A stretch of 64,000 nt of DNA from Pseudovirgaria hyperparasitica (lineage: Eukaryota). Under the pieces are notes generated by a model. That model was not told the origin of the DNA, searched no databases, and worked only from the letters and a program-made list of their open reading frames with translations. The stretch lies in NCBI GenBank assembly GCA_010093815.1, contig ML996577.1. One strand, 5' to 3'. A program made the translations under genes and the position numbers. This document shows positions 38,652 to 51,121 of the stretch, piece after piece (positions within the stretch are counted from its first letter, which is position 1; every line of letters starts with the position of its first letter).

Positions 38652-39479
38652 CGCCGTAGCCGCCGTACAGTTGAATTCGATTCGTCTATAGGGTTTTCAG
38701 TACGCTGTCGTGCATAGCACTCCGTCGTGGGCAGGAGATAGAGTTGACGGAGAATTTGCATGGCCATGCCGGATCCGGCCGGGGGTGACGAATCATGGAC
38801 AGGGTAGATACCAAGCGATGAACATCCACTCACTGTGTGTTTTGGTGTTGTTGTCCTAATCGTAATCGCTGTCCTGTCTAGGTATTCAATAACGGCTACA
38901 AAGTATACTTTTCATCAGAATCTACTCGCCATGCGGAACTTATGGGCTTTTACGTCGATCAGTACGTACTCCGGAGAGATTCGTCCGATTAAACTTCTTT
39001 GTTGCCTGCAGCAGCCTAAGGATACCTAGCGCTGCCTTTCCAACATCTTATTTGTAATCTACAAAACTGTGACTCAACAATTTCCCAACTGGTCAACTGT
39101 CATGGTCTGGAGTCACAAGGACAGGCCAGTCTTTGCGTTCGTCATTTTGGTTCTCGTTAACTTAAGCTCATCGCTTAGCCGCATGCAGCGGCATCAAGCG
39201 AGTCTTGAGAACGGACTTCCAGACTTCCTATAGAACTATAGAGTGAGGTGGACCCTAGCAGGTATTTGGCCTACCCTTCCTTATCTAGATCCTTGCACAT
39301 CCCCACAACACAGACTGCAACCAGTACAGCCAGCATATACTAAACTTTACACCGTTAAGGACGATGTCGTACGAACGAGCACTCTCACTGCATGCAGACA
39401 GCATATACCACGCAGCATGTCCGCGTTCCACACTGACGCCATGGTAGGGTAGCAGGCGTTTCTACATTGCATACGGCGA

Positions 39480-39527
39480 AGTGCAGTGTGCAGTGTGCAG
39501 TGTGCAGTGTGCAGTGTGCAGTGTGCA
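39480..39527 (+). repeat. Heptamer tandem repeat (AGTGTGC)n, about 7 copies
   Basis: Directly visible. Confidence 0.9.
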
Positions 39528-40138
39528 TAGCGCTATTGATTACAAAGGGTCTATACTGGGCCCATCTGCTTGGGGTTTATGCTTAATGGAGTTATCCAGG
39601 GCTAATCATATAAGTTCGCTCCACTTATGACGTGGTTTAGGCGCCTAACTATGGGCGCGTATAATGATGGCTAGACTACACGACTTGACAATATGGTAAG
39701 TAGCGTGTTACCATGTCATTACAAGCGTTGTATTTTGACTAGTCCCTGGCTCTGTATACGCACTTAGTGGTATGGTTCAAAGCTAATTCGTAGGAGTATC
39801 CTCCATGATCGCCCCAATTTTTTCTCTCCATCAACACAGCTGCTGTCTTGTTCCCGAAATACCCATTTGTTCTTCAGACGAGTTTTGGCAGGCTTTGTAC
39901 CAACCATGTCAGCAGACATCATGATACAATTCTTGCACTTGGAGCAAGGCTCATCTGCCGATTCCCAATCATTGGTAACTGAATGCGGAGAATTTCAGAC
40001 GTATCATGTATCCTTGTTTCACTCTATAACAGCCAAATTACCCGATAGAGCTCGCACGCTCATATGACGAATTTCACCTATACTTATAAGCGAGATCAGT
40101 GTTAGGATACATATCAAAAACAAGTCATTATGAGACTT

Positions 40139-40744
40139 TTAGCCGTCGATTGTTTTGAGGTAGAGGCGGAAGATGTGTTCAAGGAAGCACACGTGGACGA
40201 GGCGATGAATCGATCTACTAGTTGTGTCTTCTGGAGAGTGGTCGCCTTTCTCTGAAAAACAATAGTCATCTTCAATGACATTGACCGTAGGCCTATCGTC
40301 AATGTCCATATTTAGTCTGCCGCCCCTCGATATAGGATCATCCTTATGCTCTGTGCCTTGGTGTTGGCTAAAGTCTAGACAGAACAAAGCGTCTTGTAGT
40401 GGTCCGTTGTAACTTATTTTGGAGAGTGGCATCTCTACACCGAAGGTTGGTATACCTGATTCTATTGTGCTGTTGCAGAATTCGTCTTCTCCTTCCACGA
40501 TGAGCTGGACCCAGCCCCATGGATCCTGTTGCAAGAGCTCATCTGCCTCTACAAGGGTTTTATTGACCGAATCGGAGGATGTGGAGAGTTTTAGGTGTAA
40601 AGGATTCGACAGGAAGCTTGTTAATGTTTGATAATAGGACAATACTGATGTGGCTAGGCTACCTGCTGCCGGGCCTATTCTTTCGATAGAAGGTTTGTGT
40701 CTGAGAGATAGAGGAATCAATGTTGGGTCAGCTTCAAGAGACAA
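40139..40744 (-). pseudogene. Possible gene fragment of unknown family (201-aa open frame without an ATG start)
   Basis: Long non-repetitive frame; flanking protein-like sequence is broken by stops; no recognisable motif. Confidence 0.3.
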
Positions 40745-41318
40745 GTCAGCTATGAGCTTGAGAGTGCTGCGTAAACGTCACTTCGGGTAGCTGAAATAGG
40801 TTCGTCTTCTGGGTTATCCGAGACATAGTACCTGTAGATATGAGCGGAGAAGTCCTGCAAGGAAATATAACTTGAAGTACCTTAAGCGTGTTCTCAGAGT
40901 CAGACTATCACAGATATGTATGACTCTCAAGAGCTATGTGCTGCAGAAACGGCGTTTTCTAAACCGCGCTAAAGCACAAATCATCCATAGATAGCATTCC
41001 GCGCTGTGTTCTCATGTTTGTCCATTGTGCATTGACTGTTCGCAAACCACAACACGCATATCATTCATGATTGGCGCGTTACCCCGTCATCTAAAACTGG
41101 AGTCTGTAGGTATTTCCGGTGATTGTCAATGATCTGTGGTTGAACTCTTGAACTTCTGTACACTCCGCAGATCATGTACGTATCGACTGTGTTAACGCTC
41201 CAGGCACACGGGTATCTCCAGTAGACTATGCACATTGCGTGCTGAAGTAATGCGAATATATGTTATGGATCCAACTATGGCTGATTATAACATAGCTAAA
41301 TATGAAATTGTGGAAAAA

Positions 41319-42665
41319 CTATAGTCCACTTGCATCCAAGAAGTCTGTGATTACCCTGTAAGCTTCTGTCGCATTGAAGTGGAAGTTGAAGTTGTGACTG
41401 CTATTGGGATGTAGATACGGCGTGAACTTGGCATTTCTGAAGAGTGTACGCGCCGGCTCCTCAAAGATACCTTCACATGCACCATCGCAGATTATGTACT
41501 ATGATAATATGAATAAATATAAAAGGAGGGTACATCAGTATCAGATTCGTCAACTTACATCGTCCTTGGCCGTGATCGCCAGTGCAGCGCCAGTGAACTG
41601 ACTCGCATCGAATTCGCCGTCCGTTAATGTGAGAAATTTGGCAATGGCAAAAGGCTGTTTGAATTCCTCGCAGTAGGAAGCAGTCGGGAAGTCGTAGAAA
41701 GGGAACTTGAAATATCTAAATCACAATCAGTACTCAAATCAGCCTCTTATAACCTTATTGAGACTCACGTATTGATCTGTGCGATCGTATCAACCCACGT
41801 TAGGTAACCCGGGTCTAATGTGCCAAAACGTCTTGGGTTTTGTAGAGATGCGATACGCGGCACAAATGAACGAACTAAACCATTCGCATTGAGCCCGGTT
41901 GTGTTGTAGTTTATGCCAGTCAATATGGCAGCGTCTGCGAGACCTGGGTTCTCGGCGATCGCAAAGTGTGTGATGAAGGAACCGAAGGAGAATCCCATGA
42001 CTGCCAGCTTTTCTGGCACACCAAACGAGCCAGTAACAGTTCCTGATTTCACAAGCAATGCAAGCTCAACGAGGATGGCCTTGTGGGTTCGTAGCTGAGT
42101 TTTAAAGCCAGAGTCTCTATTATACAATGTCAGCATGCCGAAGGTGGGTTGGGGAGTAATGTTCCTACGTATCTGACTCTCCTTGTCCGAGGCGATCATA
42201 GAACCAGACTGAATAACCCTTGCTTATGGCATACTGTACAAAATTATACTGATCCGGTTCGTACGCAGAGTTCCAGTGCGTTCTTGCTTGTCCAATACCA
42301 TGCGTTGCCAGAATGATGGTCTTCTTGCGATCCTCCTGTCTAGGAGTACAGAATGAGGCTGCAATGGTATAACTTGATGTATCGTTTATGGCACCAGTGA
42401 TTGGACTTGGAATATTAGCTCCTTCCCGTGAAGTCACGGCAGTGAGAAAGTCCTGAAGCGCGAAGTCATCCTTCCAGCCTGGGAATTTGAATGTCAAACG
42501 CTCATAGCTTATCGTGACTGGTACCCGTAGTTCTATACAATTCGCATTCGGAGGATAGAAAGGTTGCGTCAATGTTGCGTAAACTGATGGAGATGGGTTT
42601 GAGATTGCCAGGGCCACTCGTAGGAGTGAAAGAAAGGGAACCAGCCAGAATACATAGGGAGTCAT
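41319..42665 (-). CDS. Secreted alpha/beta-hydrolase, 393 aa. Exons 42665-42169, 42116-41769, 41715-41559, 41498-41319
   Basis: Signal peptide, HGIG, YDRLGQGES, nucleophile GFSFG, candidate catalytic Asp (KDDYIIC) and His (SHNFN); three canonical introns keep the frame. Confidence 0.88.
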
Positions 42666-44277
42666 GTTATCCAATTCAGGAATTGCAGTATCTGTCCAAC
42701 AAGGTGATTGTTATGTTCAAGATCATAAAGAAAAGAACATGAGGAAGCAGAAATCAGATTGAATATTTATGATATAACAAATAGTTCTCAGACTGAAAGC
42801 CGTACAGGGCTGAAACTCTGCGTTGCACAAGACGCAGTTTCGCGGTTCGACCATCAAACAGTGCATCGCTGGGGGTATATACCGTATAAGAAAGATTTTA
42901 TGAGATTAGAAGAAGCAGGTGACTGCTACTATGTCGAAAGGGAAATTATAGAAGCAAGGCCCAAACTTACGTGGCGAGTTTTACTGGTTAGTGCCAAGCA
43001 AAGACCGATGCTGGATTCTGAAATACTTTCAAAGGGCCATCCTTTACGGCGAGTCTAATTCTTAGCTGGAGGAGCTTGTATATTTTTCCATGACATTGAA
43101 ATTACAAAGCGAGGTTTCGACAAATTAGATGCGGACTTCATCGCAGGTTACCCGAGGCTTTGTAGTAAACAAAAGGATCGTATAACATGGAAAAGAACAC
43201 CTAAATGATTTTCATTTCACCTCGATTTGCGATTACTTTCCTCCTCATACGCTAGTATGAATAATTCCGATTGATATCGTGACCAGCAGCAGTATCACAA
43301 ATCATGACGTTCGTCAGGAATCAGAAGCCTGTAGCCCGTGTCGATATTAGTCTCCACGAAGCCCTGAGAGCCAAAAACGCCTTCTTACTCCAAGCCGCTG
43401 AGGTTTTCGACAAAGCGTTCGAGGGTCACTGAGACACGCGCCAGGGCTGCTCAAGACGTAGGAGCGGTTTCAGGTTTGAGGAATGGAGGCTTCAGAGAAT
43501 ATGAGCGTGGCTAAATTAGAACTACGCTAAACCCTAAGCAGATTAGTACACAGCAAAACAGCGTCTTGGGTCGAATTTCCTCACACTCTATCACAGCGAC
43601 CACAAACGTACAGAGCATCTTGAGAATGTCGCCTTCATTGCTCACAGCTTGAGCATCACTGCGGAGTCTATCGATACGAGTTTATCCTGGCCATAATGTC
43701 GTAACAATGTCGAACACTGCGTGCGTACTTGTATCGCAGGATTTGAAAGGATAGGTTCGCTAGCGAGTGTTGAACAGTATCCATTAAGCAAATAATGAGA
43801 GTAAAGATCGCAGGCCCTAGAGCTAACATTGTTGTCTCTTTACCTAGATACTGATGGAGACTGCAAGGCCGCTGAATGTCGACGTCGTACATTCACGCGA
43901 GATCGCTGCTATGGATTAATGCTCCCAAGTTCTGAGGAAGGGTCGCACACGCCCTGGCTTGTCACGCCGGCCTTGAATCATGTGTCTTAGGAATGCGGCG
44001 CACGAAATGCGATGCCTTGGCACAGATGAACTGCTGGAAATATCACAGACTGATGTTTCGTCACTGGTAACCTAGGGTGAAGGACGAAGTGTTCTCGATC
44101 CTAGTTGCTCATGTTCCTTCACGCGGTAGAGCTATATGTGTGTTCTATGTATTTGCTTCCATATAAGGCAAATTATACCCTCTCCACTTCGAATCTTTTG
44201 TCTAAACCTTCATCACTTCCGTCTTAGCCTTGCAACTTCTCCCTCATTTGACAGAGACTTCATTCTCATCGTCGACC

Positions 44278-44951
44278 ATGTCCGCTCGCACATACTTGCG
44301 TACTAGCATCGTTGCTACGATCAGTGAGCAAGCAAGATACCACCACAGACACCTGAGGGGCAAGTGACTTTCCCAGTCTCCAGTTCAGCTAGATGGTTAC
44401 GAGTGTCGAGAGTCTAGAACCGCTAACTTGAAGCAGAAAAACAGGATGTGGATAACACGAAAGACGCCATTAATGGCAATACTGAACGCCGGAATGATGG
44501 CGACGACAATAGCAATGCAAATGGCAAAGATGAGCTTGAGATAGGATCCCACTACCAGCAAGGTGGAAGTGACTGTACAAACGATGGAGAGCTCCATCAT
44601 ACCAGCACCATCGACGACGACGCCAGTTCCATGACATCTACCTCCAATCTCATTCAATTATACACCGATCAAAACAGATTTCGATACACTGTGTCCAGCC
44701 TCTCTCTTACACTGAGCCCTGGGTTTGTCCAAGAGGACAAGGTCGACATCTCCAAACTCTACGGCATCGCAGATGGCGGACCGAAAGAGCTTATGTACCA
44801 GGCTCGACATCGAAAAGCCAAAGGGGCTTACAGCTATCTAAAGACAATCAAGCGTGGCATATCTAATTCGCTCTTCCATCGGCATCCTTTTGCAAAACTT
44901 GGAGGACATCGCACGAAGTCTGAGTACCTGTCCGAACACTGGATGATGTGA
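44278..44951 (+). CDS. Hypothetical 198-aa protein. Exons 44278-44359, 44437-44951 (GC-AG intron)
   Basis: TATAA near 44162, pyrimidine-rich leader, ACCATG; GCAAGT..GCTAAC..GCAG intron joins the ATG exon in frame to ORF 44448-44951. Confidence 0.55.
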
Positions 44952-46014
44952 GGGACTTAAATGCAGCAGTTTGGCTAAAAGAGGGAATGGCAAAGGATTT
45001 CATACATCTCTTCAAGGTGTAGAGCAGCTGGATCGTTCGCCGTCGCCGGGCAATATCTGATGATTCTGATCCAGGCAGGGTCTTATGAGACTAGGCGCTA
45101 CCGCGGGCTGCGCTACGATGGATCTGTTCGAGTCAGTCAAGGTACATTCCAGCCCTTTCAGTGCGGCTGACGATGTATTCACACACATACGTCTCATTCG
45201 GTGTTCTACGCCCATTGACAGATCAGATCACTGGGAAAGGGTTTGTCACTCACGGAAGGACAGGCTCTATGGCATGTAGGAAATTGGCGATCGCAGCCAA
45301 TCGATCAAGCGTCGCATGTATCATAACATTATTTATGCTTATATAGCACACGAGAGAGACCCACTCGGTATGAATGCTTGATCTTTCTAGCTTGATTAAA
45401 CGCGAAATTCAAGCGTCTTTTGCATATTCCGGAGAGGTTGACATGAACAATCGATTTAGCATGTGCAAAGGCGTCAACATAGGGAATAGTCGGAGTCAAA
45501 AGGGGAATGCCGCAGTGGCGCTCTTTCATAAGGTGTTGCCAAGTTAAGTTCTTGACTTACAAGCTGTGGAAGCACTGTATATGTGTGGTTCAGGACTGGT
45601 GCATCAGCCGAGGAACGTTAGCGCTACGAATGCCTGTGAAGATCCCAAAGCAACCACTCAAGGTCGGAGTTTGTGCGCGATCTTCCACGCCAGGTGTGCG
45701 GCTACTGTCTAGACTTCCTCGAAACCTAACCTCGTTCTGGCCTTTGACTTTGCAGACCTTGCCTTGCCGGGCCCTTATCACGGCCCTTCTCCTGTGAAGT
45801 GTTCTCGAAACTGGCATTTCGGCCCTCATCAGGCTAATTTCCAGTATTGCGATGGACGTCTCTCAGAGCACACTTTTCAACTAACTCATTGAGCCTCACG
45901 ACATACTTCTGACTCCTTGACAGCACAGACGCCTGCCAGGTTGAGCGTGCTCCGACGCACGCACGCGGCGGCACCGTATTACCCCAGACCCCCGTCGCGT
46001 CACCACCTGCAGCC

Positions 46015-47451
46015 ATGTTCACGCGCAACTCTAAAAGACTCCTTCTCCCGGCCGCCGCATGTCTAATCTTCATCTTTACCTTTCTATTTCACTCTTATTT
46101 CGAGAACTCTCTGGGCCTGAGACGTAGCTCAACAACATCATCGGCGGAGCCCACGGAAGAGACCGGCGATGGCACATGGCTAGTACCCAACACGACGACG
46201 CCGTCACTATCACGCGAAGAAATACAGGACTTGGTTGAACAGATCGCGTACGCTGCCCACAACGCTCTTCCAAATGTCAACGAATTTCCTCCGACACCCT
46301 CCACACACCGCGAGCTACGGTCCCTCACCTCTCAGAATGGCGCATACTGGGAGATTCACTTCGCCCATCGCAAGGGTCTCAACCCTAACATCATACCACA
46401 CTCGTATATGGAGGACACATGGTACATAGTGGCACAAGCCTTACGCCCAGAGTCTAGCCCGAAAGATTCGGTGTGGTCTACAGAAATAGTATGCAATGCA
46501 GCATTTAAAAATGGCGAGTTGGTGTGCGATGAACCACCGACCATTCTCCCGATCACAAACACAAAAGGTGGCGACAAGTGTGTTGGTGAACTCTCCTACT
46601 TCGGCTTCAACGTTGGTCCTCGCGACGCGCGCGTCTTCTACGGCCCTGAAGACCCATACATCATCTTCGGCTCGAACTCGTGGTACACATGTATGGGCAT
46701 GTTCATCCAGGACTTCCGTGTCCTCGTAGACTGGGGCTTGAGCCAGATTTGGGCGGACCGCTTCAAGTTTGCAACAGAACTGCAACGTCCCCCACCATAC
46801 GGCTACATGGAGAAGAATTTTTTTCTGTTCTGGGACAAATACAATAACATGTACGTGCACAATGACATTTCGCCAAAGCGCGTCTTCGCTATGCTGCAGC
46901 CAGACGGCAGCGTCTCCAAAGACCTCGCACCACTCGCCAGAACCGATGCTGCATGCATGGCAAAATATATGCCCAAAATGACCGGCGAGAAAGAAAAGAT
47001 TCATCAGGCCACAAATTCCCTCTCCATCACACTTTGCGACCGCGCCGATACGACCTGCAAGCAGACAGACGATAATACCTTCATAATGGCCATTTTTCAA
47101 CACAAAACCTATATTTACATGCACGCCGTATACGAGCCGCACGTTGCGCTATTCAGCCGCGCCCCTCCATTTGCGCTACACGCGCTCAGCACTAAACCGT
47201 TCTGGCTGCTCGGCCGCAAGGGCGGCACGAATGTTGGGCGCGACTTTGAGGGAGACCCAATGGATCCTGTCGAGGGAAGTGAGATGATATACATCTCGAG
47301 CATGAGCTGGAAGACTCATGGACAGAAATACCACGGATACCAAGACGACGTACTGTTTGTTGGATTTGGCATCGAGGACCAGAGGACAGCAGCGATTGAT
47401 ATCAAGGCTGGTGACCTATTGAAAGATCTTGGATTTTGTTTGGAGAAGTAA
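46015..47451 (+). CDS. Type II membrane protein, putative beta-mannosyltransferase/GH130-like five-bladed beta-propeller, 478 aa
   Basis: Short basic N-tail, one TM, Ser/Thr stem; GPRDARVF and EKNFFLF resemble the GPEDPRI and EKNWxPF motifs. The gene is secure, the function is inferred. Confidence 0.65.
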   Translation: MFTRNSKRLLLPAAACLIFIFTFLFHSYFENSLGLRRSSTTSSAEPTEETGDGTWLVPNTTTPSLSREEIQDLVEQIAYAAHNALPNVNEFPPTPSTHRELRSLTSQNGAYWEIHFAHRKGLNPNIIPHSYMEDTWYIVAQALRPESSPKDSVWSTEIVCNAAFKNGELVCDEPPTILPITNTKGGDKCVGELSYFGFNVGPRDARVFYGPEDPYIIFGSNSWYTCMGMFIQDFRVLVDWGLSQIWADRFKFATELQRPPPYGYMEKNFFLFWDKYNNMYVHNDISPKRVFAMLQPDGSVSKDLAPLARTDAACMAKYMPKMTGEKEKIHQATNSLSITLCDRADTTCKQTDDNTFIMAIFQHKTYIYMHAVYEPHVALFSRAPPFALHALSTKPFWLLGRKGGTNVGRDFEGDPMDPVEGSEMIYISSMSWKTHGQKYHGYQDDVLFVGFGIEDQRTAAIDIKAGDLLKDLGFCLEK

Positions 47452-47750
47452 GGAAATCGAGTATGTATGATTTGTATGTGATTGCAAGAGCAACGCTCTA
47501 TGATTTCAGACGCATTGGATATAGTAACCAGGCAGGAACGGGCTGATACCGTCAGACCTTGCCATGTATTTACAGGATGAATCAAAACCATAATATGAAT
47601 AGGTGTTGTCAGTCATCGCGCAGCATGCTGTTCAAAGGTGCGTACAATGCATACCATGCAGAATAAAAGTTGAGGATGGTTTGGTCACATGACACAGACA
47701 TCCATACAGTAATTGTTCATTTGTTCGTTTGACTACAATTTGGAAGTCTT

Positions 47751-47831
47751 GGCACGATGGCAGAGTGGTTAACGCGCGGGCCTGCTAAGCCCGTTCCTTC
47801 GGGAGCGCGAGTTCGAATCTCGTTCGTGTCG
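47751..47831 (+). tRNA. tRNA-Ser(GCT), intronless
   Basis: Acceptor GGCACGA/TCGTGTC, anticodon arm CGGGC-CT-GCT-AA-GCCCG, long variable arm TCC-TTCG-GGA, GTTCGAATC, discriminator G, oligo-T terminator. Confidence 0.96.
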
Positions 47832-49769
47832 GTTATCTTTTTGAATTTTTTCTTAGTTCTCAATCTCGCAGCGTGTCTGGCAGCTCGAAGTTAGACTCGG
47901 GTGTGGAGAGCGGGCTCTAACCAATGATCACATAGTGAGGCGGTTGATGGAGGCGGAGTACAGTGGGGCACAAGACGGTATCCATGTAATCGTTTCAGTC
48001 ATGGAGACAAGGATGATGACCCATGTCCATGCTTAAGGTTTATGTGTGGTTCGGGGTGCATCAATGAGCCGCTGTGCATTGCGATGCATCTAAATAATAT
48101 TACCCATGAGTGGAAAAGCTTGTGAAGAGAGAGTCATGCTATGTGGAGAGGCGTCAAGACGACGTCAGGTTGTCCCAATGCTGGAAGACTGGCGAGAGAA
48201 GCGCATGCTGCCTTGGCTTGAGCTAAATAAGCGCTTGTTAAGAAAAAGTCGGACGCTCAATATCAAAAGATCCCAGCAAGAATTTTGTCTTCGTGACTAC
48301 CGGCGAATAAGTTTGTTTAGAGGTGAATGAAGAGAAGACTGACGAAAATGTTGGTCGAAGACGAACACACAATGCTCCATGAATAGAAACTAGAGAGACA
48401 GACAGCAGGAGAAAGCAATGGATCGCCGAATGAACCACAACACAGCAGGATCTTTTGTTTTTATTGTGTAATGGATTATCTTGAGTACCAGTACATTCTT
48501 TGCGGTGTGGTACTGTACATCCGTCAATATTCTGCTACTCAGACCCGATCGTCATTATTGAAAACGACTTTGCAGATCTCTCCCCAGATCATTGATATAT
48601 ATTTGACAAGTCATGCAGCATCTGAGCCCACGCCGCACGCTGATCTTCATGATACGCATGATATCCATGATAAGGACCGGACATGGGTCTTCGATGTTAC
48701 GTACGCCGCAACCGGGATCGCGCAAGATACTACCTGACTTCGAGAAGAAACGCAATCTCTTGCCGAGTGATCTACTGCTACCTACGTAATGGTATAACGT
48801 ACCGAGATGGGCTCTCACGACTCATGGAGTACTCTTTTCCTGACGTTTGTAGTGCGAGGCGCAGAGCCATGGCCGGAGGCGAGAGTGTAAAAAAGCTATC
48901 CCTGAGCCTGAGCGAGTCGAGCAATCTGGCGGAGAGTCTGGGTTGGCCGCCCCTTGCACATTGTGTAGAGACAGATCCCGCGGAAAACATGGATGACACG
49001 GACTGGTTTGTGTTTAAGCAATCGTCACGATGCATACCAGTCGTTGAGATGTCGAGAAACCTTCTTACAGGACTTGATTCGGGAGACGAATTTTGAGACG
49101 GAACTAGTCGTAGTGGTGAAGGTGCGCGATGTTGACAGTGCCGTACGGCGTACTTCTTGCACCCTTGCTGGAGTATTGACTCCACAGAACTCGATAATCG
49201 GGGTGTATGCTAATACTGCTCTAACATTAAGGGTGAGGTGGGTAAGGCGTGTTTCCCTACAAAACATGAGATGTTATTGCAACGGGATCAATGATTCATG
49301 GTGTGAACACGACTAACGAACAGCACTCCTAGAGTCGAAGCTGCACGGCCTGTGGAGGGTTTATGTTCAGGTTCGAAGGCCACATCCTGGTGATCGAACA
49401 CGCAAAGTGCAGAGACAAGCTGGCCAAGATAACCATCTGAGTTCTTTCAAGAACACCAGCTTATGCTACTTAGGTATTTCACCTTTATTTACTTCGAGAT
49501 CCAAGTCCTGTGATTGCCTCTTTTATAGTGGCTCTATTGTATGACATACATCTCGCATGCATCGTTAAGGGACTGCCCTCCATGATTTCATACATCAAGA
49601 CAAAGTAAAAGTCTATGTCGTGAGCCCATCCTCGAGCTCTGGAAAAGATATCCGATGATCCGACCACCATGAAGCGGGTCTTATCAGGATCATGTCATAC
49701 TTGGTATCATCCATAAATGTATTGATACAATCAAAAGCAGTGCATACGAGACAATACCTGTCTGAGTCC

Positions 49770-51121
49770 TCAAACCCTCTCTTCAGCTTTAACGCCCTTC
49801 TCCACATCCACATAATTTATTGTCGTCGCCACCGTCTTCACGATGCCATTTCTTCCCGCGTCCATGTTTAGACTTTCATCACTCAGACGACTGTCCCCGT
49901 CGCTCCCAGAGACGTTCCCCTTTATTCGTGTCATCATGTGCACTTCGTCGCCTACACCTTTACCAAACTCCTCCTCTGTTGTACTTGCCCCTTGCGACCG
50001 TGGCATCGCGGGTGCAAAAGCTGAAAAGCGGTTCCCTTGACTGCGCTGGTTCTGGCTACCCCGTCCATAATTTTGACTATGCTGAATATAACCGCTGGCG
50101 CGCAAGCCGCGGCTGCCGGTGCCGTACCCGGAGAGCTGCAGGGCGTGACGGAACAGAGGCTTGAAGCAGGGAAGATTTGCGGCGACGATGCCGACGCAGG
50201 TCTCGACCATGACCCAGAGGGTGATGTTGCGTGAGTCCCAGAGGAAGTCGCCCATTTTACCATAATTTGAAAGGTAGCTGGCCTTGACAATGCCAGCGGC
50301 GGCGGCAAAGATGCCAAGGCCGAGAATGCAGATGATAGACGACTTGGTGCGCTTGTTGACTTGTATGGTGGCGAGCATGGGGATTGGGAGGATGATGGAG
50401 AAGAGAAAGTCGGTGAAGATGTTGAAAGTCGTGTTCATGAAGCCGAGTGCTCGTAGCGTGGTAGGGGGGAAACAGGTGGTCTTTACGGTGGGGTCCCAGA
50501 GAACGCGTGGATTGGTACACTGGAAGATTACGGTAAAGGTGCAGACGATGGTATACATGATCAAGAAGACTGGGACTAGTTAGCTGGTGGATTGAGGGAT
50601 GAACGGAGGTCGGTACCAGTAAAGCCCCATATAATCTTGCGGTAAATGGGCTGGACTGCGATTCGGAGAAGGAAGAGCCCCACGGAGATCTTGACGAGGG
50701 CAATAGTCCACAGAGACAGCGGTTGGGTGACAAAGTTCAATTGGAGCCCCTTTGATATGACCGCAGGATCGAGGCAATGCTGATGTTGGCCAGTTCCATA
50801 CATTACTTCGGCTATTATGAGACCTTGGAACACAAGAGTCTTCGCTAGGTTAGCATAATCATGTGTTGTGATGAAAAAGAGACTTACAAGTAGCATGGCA
50901 GCATACATCGTGTAGTCCTAGTTCTTGTCAGTTGCAAACCATGCAGATAAATTGGACAAAAATACATCTCGTCCTACGTTGCGGGTCATCACCATCCGCA
51001 CGTAGATCCGTAGTAGTGTCGTAATAAGAGCTGTGAGAGATACAGCCAAGGTGGCCGCAAGAATGTGGCCTCCTTCATTCTCACACGGGCCTGTGACCAT
51101 GCTGGCCTGTCTGGAATTCAT
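49770..51121 (-). CDS. PTH11-like (fungal rhodopsin-domain) 7-TM receptor without CFEM, about 402 aa, 4 exons
   Basis: LRIYVR..GRDD, YGTGQH, LVKISVGLFLLRI, FQC, TDFL..LPIP, ETCVGIVAANLP; three GT-AG introns. Confidence 0.88.
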
